The notes beneath the pieces are model-generated. The model was not told the origin of the DNA. It was given only the letters and a program-made list of their open reading frames with translations, and did no database searches. A stretch of DNA of 64,000 nucleotides from Elusimicrobia bacterium RIFOXYA12_FULL_51_18 (GTDB lineage: Bacteria; Elusimicrobiota; Elusimicrobia; Elusimicrobiales; UBA9959), in contig MGVA01000043.1 of the NCBI GenBank assembly GCA_001800245.1, forward strand, positions 29,098 through 93,097, in the 5' to 3' direction. Shown one piece after another: positions 62,479-64,000 of the stretch. The number at the start of each line of letters is the position of its first letter. Positions within the stretch are counted from its first letter, which is position 1. The position numbers and the translations under genes are program-made.

Positions 62479-63870
62479 ATGAGAATTTTATTAGTTAAAC
62501 CCCAATCCACAGTTTTTCATAGCATTGCTGTTCCGCCATTAGGGCTTCAATATCTGTCGGCAGTTGTAAAGGCGGCCGGTTATCAAAATGTGAAAATTGT
62601 TCATATGGATGCGCAAAGGATAGATGCTGACGATTGGGAGAATGAGGTACGGGCATTTCACCCGGATATTGTCGGGTTGAGTGTTATTGTGTCGGAGGCT
62701 GTATCGATGGATGCGGTGGCCGTGCGAACAAAAAAAAATGCGCCTCGATGTCTGGTGGTTGCGGGAGGCGCATACCCCTCGTTATTTCCTGAAAAATGTC
62801 TGAAAAACTCCGCCATTGATCTTGTTGTAAGGGGTGAGGGGGAAAAAACATTTCTTGAAATAGTGAAATGCTTTGAACAAGGGCTGTCGTTTGACGAGAT
62901 TAAAGGGGTGGCTTTTCGAGGCAAGGATGCTGTTTGTTATGCCCCACAACGTGAATTTTGTCATCGTCTTGATGATATTCCTCCCCCGGATTATGAAGGA
63001 CTGGATTTGGATTTGTATAACAATTTAATCCCGCAAAGTCCGCTTTTATTTAAACAGAAGCATGTCCGCGTCCTTACATCAAGAGGGTGCCCATATCAGT
63101 GCGGTTTTTGCTTCCCAACCATGGGACGGGTATTCCGCCCGCATTCTGCCGATCGCGTTATTGGGGAAATATTGAGGCTTTGTGAAAGACGGCAGACTCG
63201 CAATGTGGAAATAATAGATGATGTTTTTAATTTCGATCGTGAACGAGCGATGGAGATAATGCGAAAGATAGTCAAAGCTGACCGGGGCTTGAAAATTTAT
63301 TTTCCAAGCGGGGTGAGAGGGGATCTTTTGGATAGAGAAATGATTGATCTGTTTAAAACGGCGGGGGTGGTGTTTATGCCGGTTGGGATTGAAACGGCCA
63401 GTAAGCGAAAGCAGGTGGAAATTGGAAAAAACATGGATCTTGACCGTCTTCAAATAAATATCGCTTATGCGGTTAAAAAACGAATGTTCATGAATGGGTA
63501 TTTTATTTTAGGGCTTCCCGGAGAAACGATCCGCGAGGTGCTGAGGACTGTTTTTTTTGCATGTGAATTGAAACTGCACACAGCAAGTTTTTTTGCTCTG
63601 CATTGTTATGAGGGATCGGAGTTTGCGAAGGTTGCGGATGCCCGGAAAGTCATAACAGCTCAATCCGCTTACAGCCTGTTTTCCGCCCCGATCCATTTTA
63701 TTAACGCTTCTTCTCTTAATAAAGGTGTTATTGTTTTTCTGCGGCAGCTTGCAAACGTTATGTTCTATTGTAATCCATTTCGGCTGCTTAGAATCATAAA
63801 AGATTTGCCGGAAAAGCGGTGCTTGGTTTTTTTAGCGAAGCAATTTCTCAAACGGGTCGTTTCTTTTTGA
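62479..63870 (+). CDS. B12-binding-domain radical SAM protein, tandem array member 5 (second subfamily)
   Basis: 463 aa, colinear with member 4 (PPLGLQYLSAVVKAAGY, GGAYPSLFP, VVRGEGE, SRGCPYQCGFC, VGIETAS). Confidence 0.8.
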   Translation: MRILLVKPQSTVFHSIAVPPLGLQYLSAVVKAAGYQNVKIVHMDAQRIDADDWENEVRAFHPDIVGLSVIVSEAVSMDAVAVRTKKNAPRCLVVAGGAYPSLFPEKCLKNSAIDLVVRGEGEKTFLEIVKCFEQGLSFDEIKGVAFRGKDAVCYAPQREFCHRLDDIPPPDYEGLDLDLYNNLIPQSPLLFKQKHVRVLTSRGCPYQCGFCFPTMGRVFRPHSADRVIGEILRLCERRQTRNVEIIDDVFNFDRERAMEIMRKIVKADRGLKIYFPSGVRGDLLDREMIDLFKTAGVVFMPVGIETASKRKQVEIGKNMDLDRLQINIAYAVKKRMFMNGYFILGLPGETIREVLRTVFFACELKLHTASFFALHCYEGSEFAKVADARKVITAQSAYSLFSAPIHFINASSLNKGVIVFLRQLANVMFYCNPFRLLRIIKDLPEKRCLVFLAKQFLKRVVSF

Positions 63871-63877
63871 TCGCAAG

Positions 63878-64000
63878 ATGAATAAAAGTATCCTCGAATG
63901 TCCGATTTGTAAATCGGATGATTGCCGGAAAAACCATCTTTGCCGGGATATGGTCATCTATCGATGTGGTTCCTGTGGGATGATGTTCCAGAACCCGTCT
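63878..64000 (+). CDS. 5' end of a gene encoding an N-terminal Cys4 zinc-ribbon (start typical of some class I SAM methyltransferases); runs off the window
   Basis: Own translation from ATG 63878 gives MNKSILECPICKSDDCRKNHLCRDMVIYRCGSCGMMFQNPS, a CPxC...CxxC ribbon. Only 41 codons are visible, so the function is a guess. Confidence 0.35.
   Translation, partial: MNKSILECPICKSDDCRKNHLCRDMVIYRCGSCGMMFQNPS

Noticed and set aside
1-64000. I searched by eye for tRNA, rRNA, transposase, integrase, phage genes or flanking direct repeats that would define the island as a mobile element.
   Set aside because: None was recognised. The island's left edge is only loosely defined, by a gene desert at 19.9-20.5 kb and a spacer at 14.7-15.1 kb, and its right edge is outside the window. 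Mobility therefore cannot be claimed.

Overview
This is a 64-kb window from an unidentified diderm (outer-membrane-bearing) bacterium. I recognised no rRNA, tRNA, CRISPR array, transposase or integrase. All functional calls come from reading motifs by eye, because no database search was possible.

The left ~11 kb (minus strand) is a textbook lipid A / outer-membrane assembly operon: msbA-like (partial), lpxB, a Gfo/Idh/MocA oxidoreductase, lpxI, lpxA, fabZ, lpxC, lpxD, skp and bamA. A PIN-PhoH ATPase and a PEP-utilising-enzyme-family protein follow it.

From ~15.1 kb to the right edge lies a ~49-kb accessory island that I cannot match to any characterised system.
- 21 ORFs carry the radical-SAM (rSAM) CxxxCxxC motif. 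Seven of them have a B12-binding-like N-domain, and five of those sit in tandem at 56.6-63.9 kb.
- Two rSAM genes are full-length paralogues resembling HxsB-type rSAM/SPASM peptide maturases.
- Three UbiU/UbiV-like U32 gene pairs are present, one of them tandemly duplicated.
- Other genes are a SufS-like cysteine desulfurase, a tetrapyrrole-methylase-fold methyltransferase, a GT-B glycosyltransferase, a deacetylase-like protein, a DegT-type aminotransferase, a prepilin-peptidase (A24)-like membrane protein, a TPR protein and two HxsD-like small proteins.
- At the centre (38314-38625) is a 103-codon ORF whose C-terminus is 14 consecutive His-Xaa-Ser triplets, mostly His-Gly-Ser, encoded by a near-perfect 9-bp tandem repeat. 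This is an HxsA-like precursor candidate.

The island is interrupted by a secreted barnase/barstar pair, an alpha/beta hydrolase and a highly conserved ygeY-ygeW pair. It continues past the right edge of the window.
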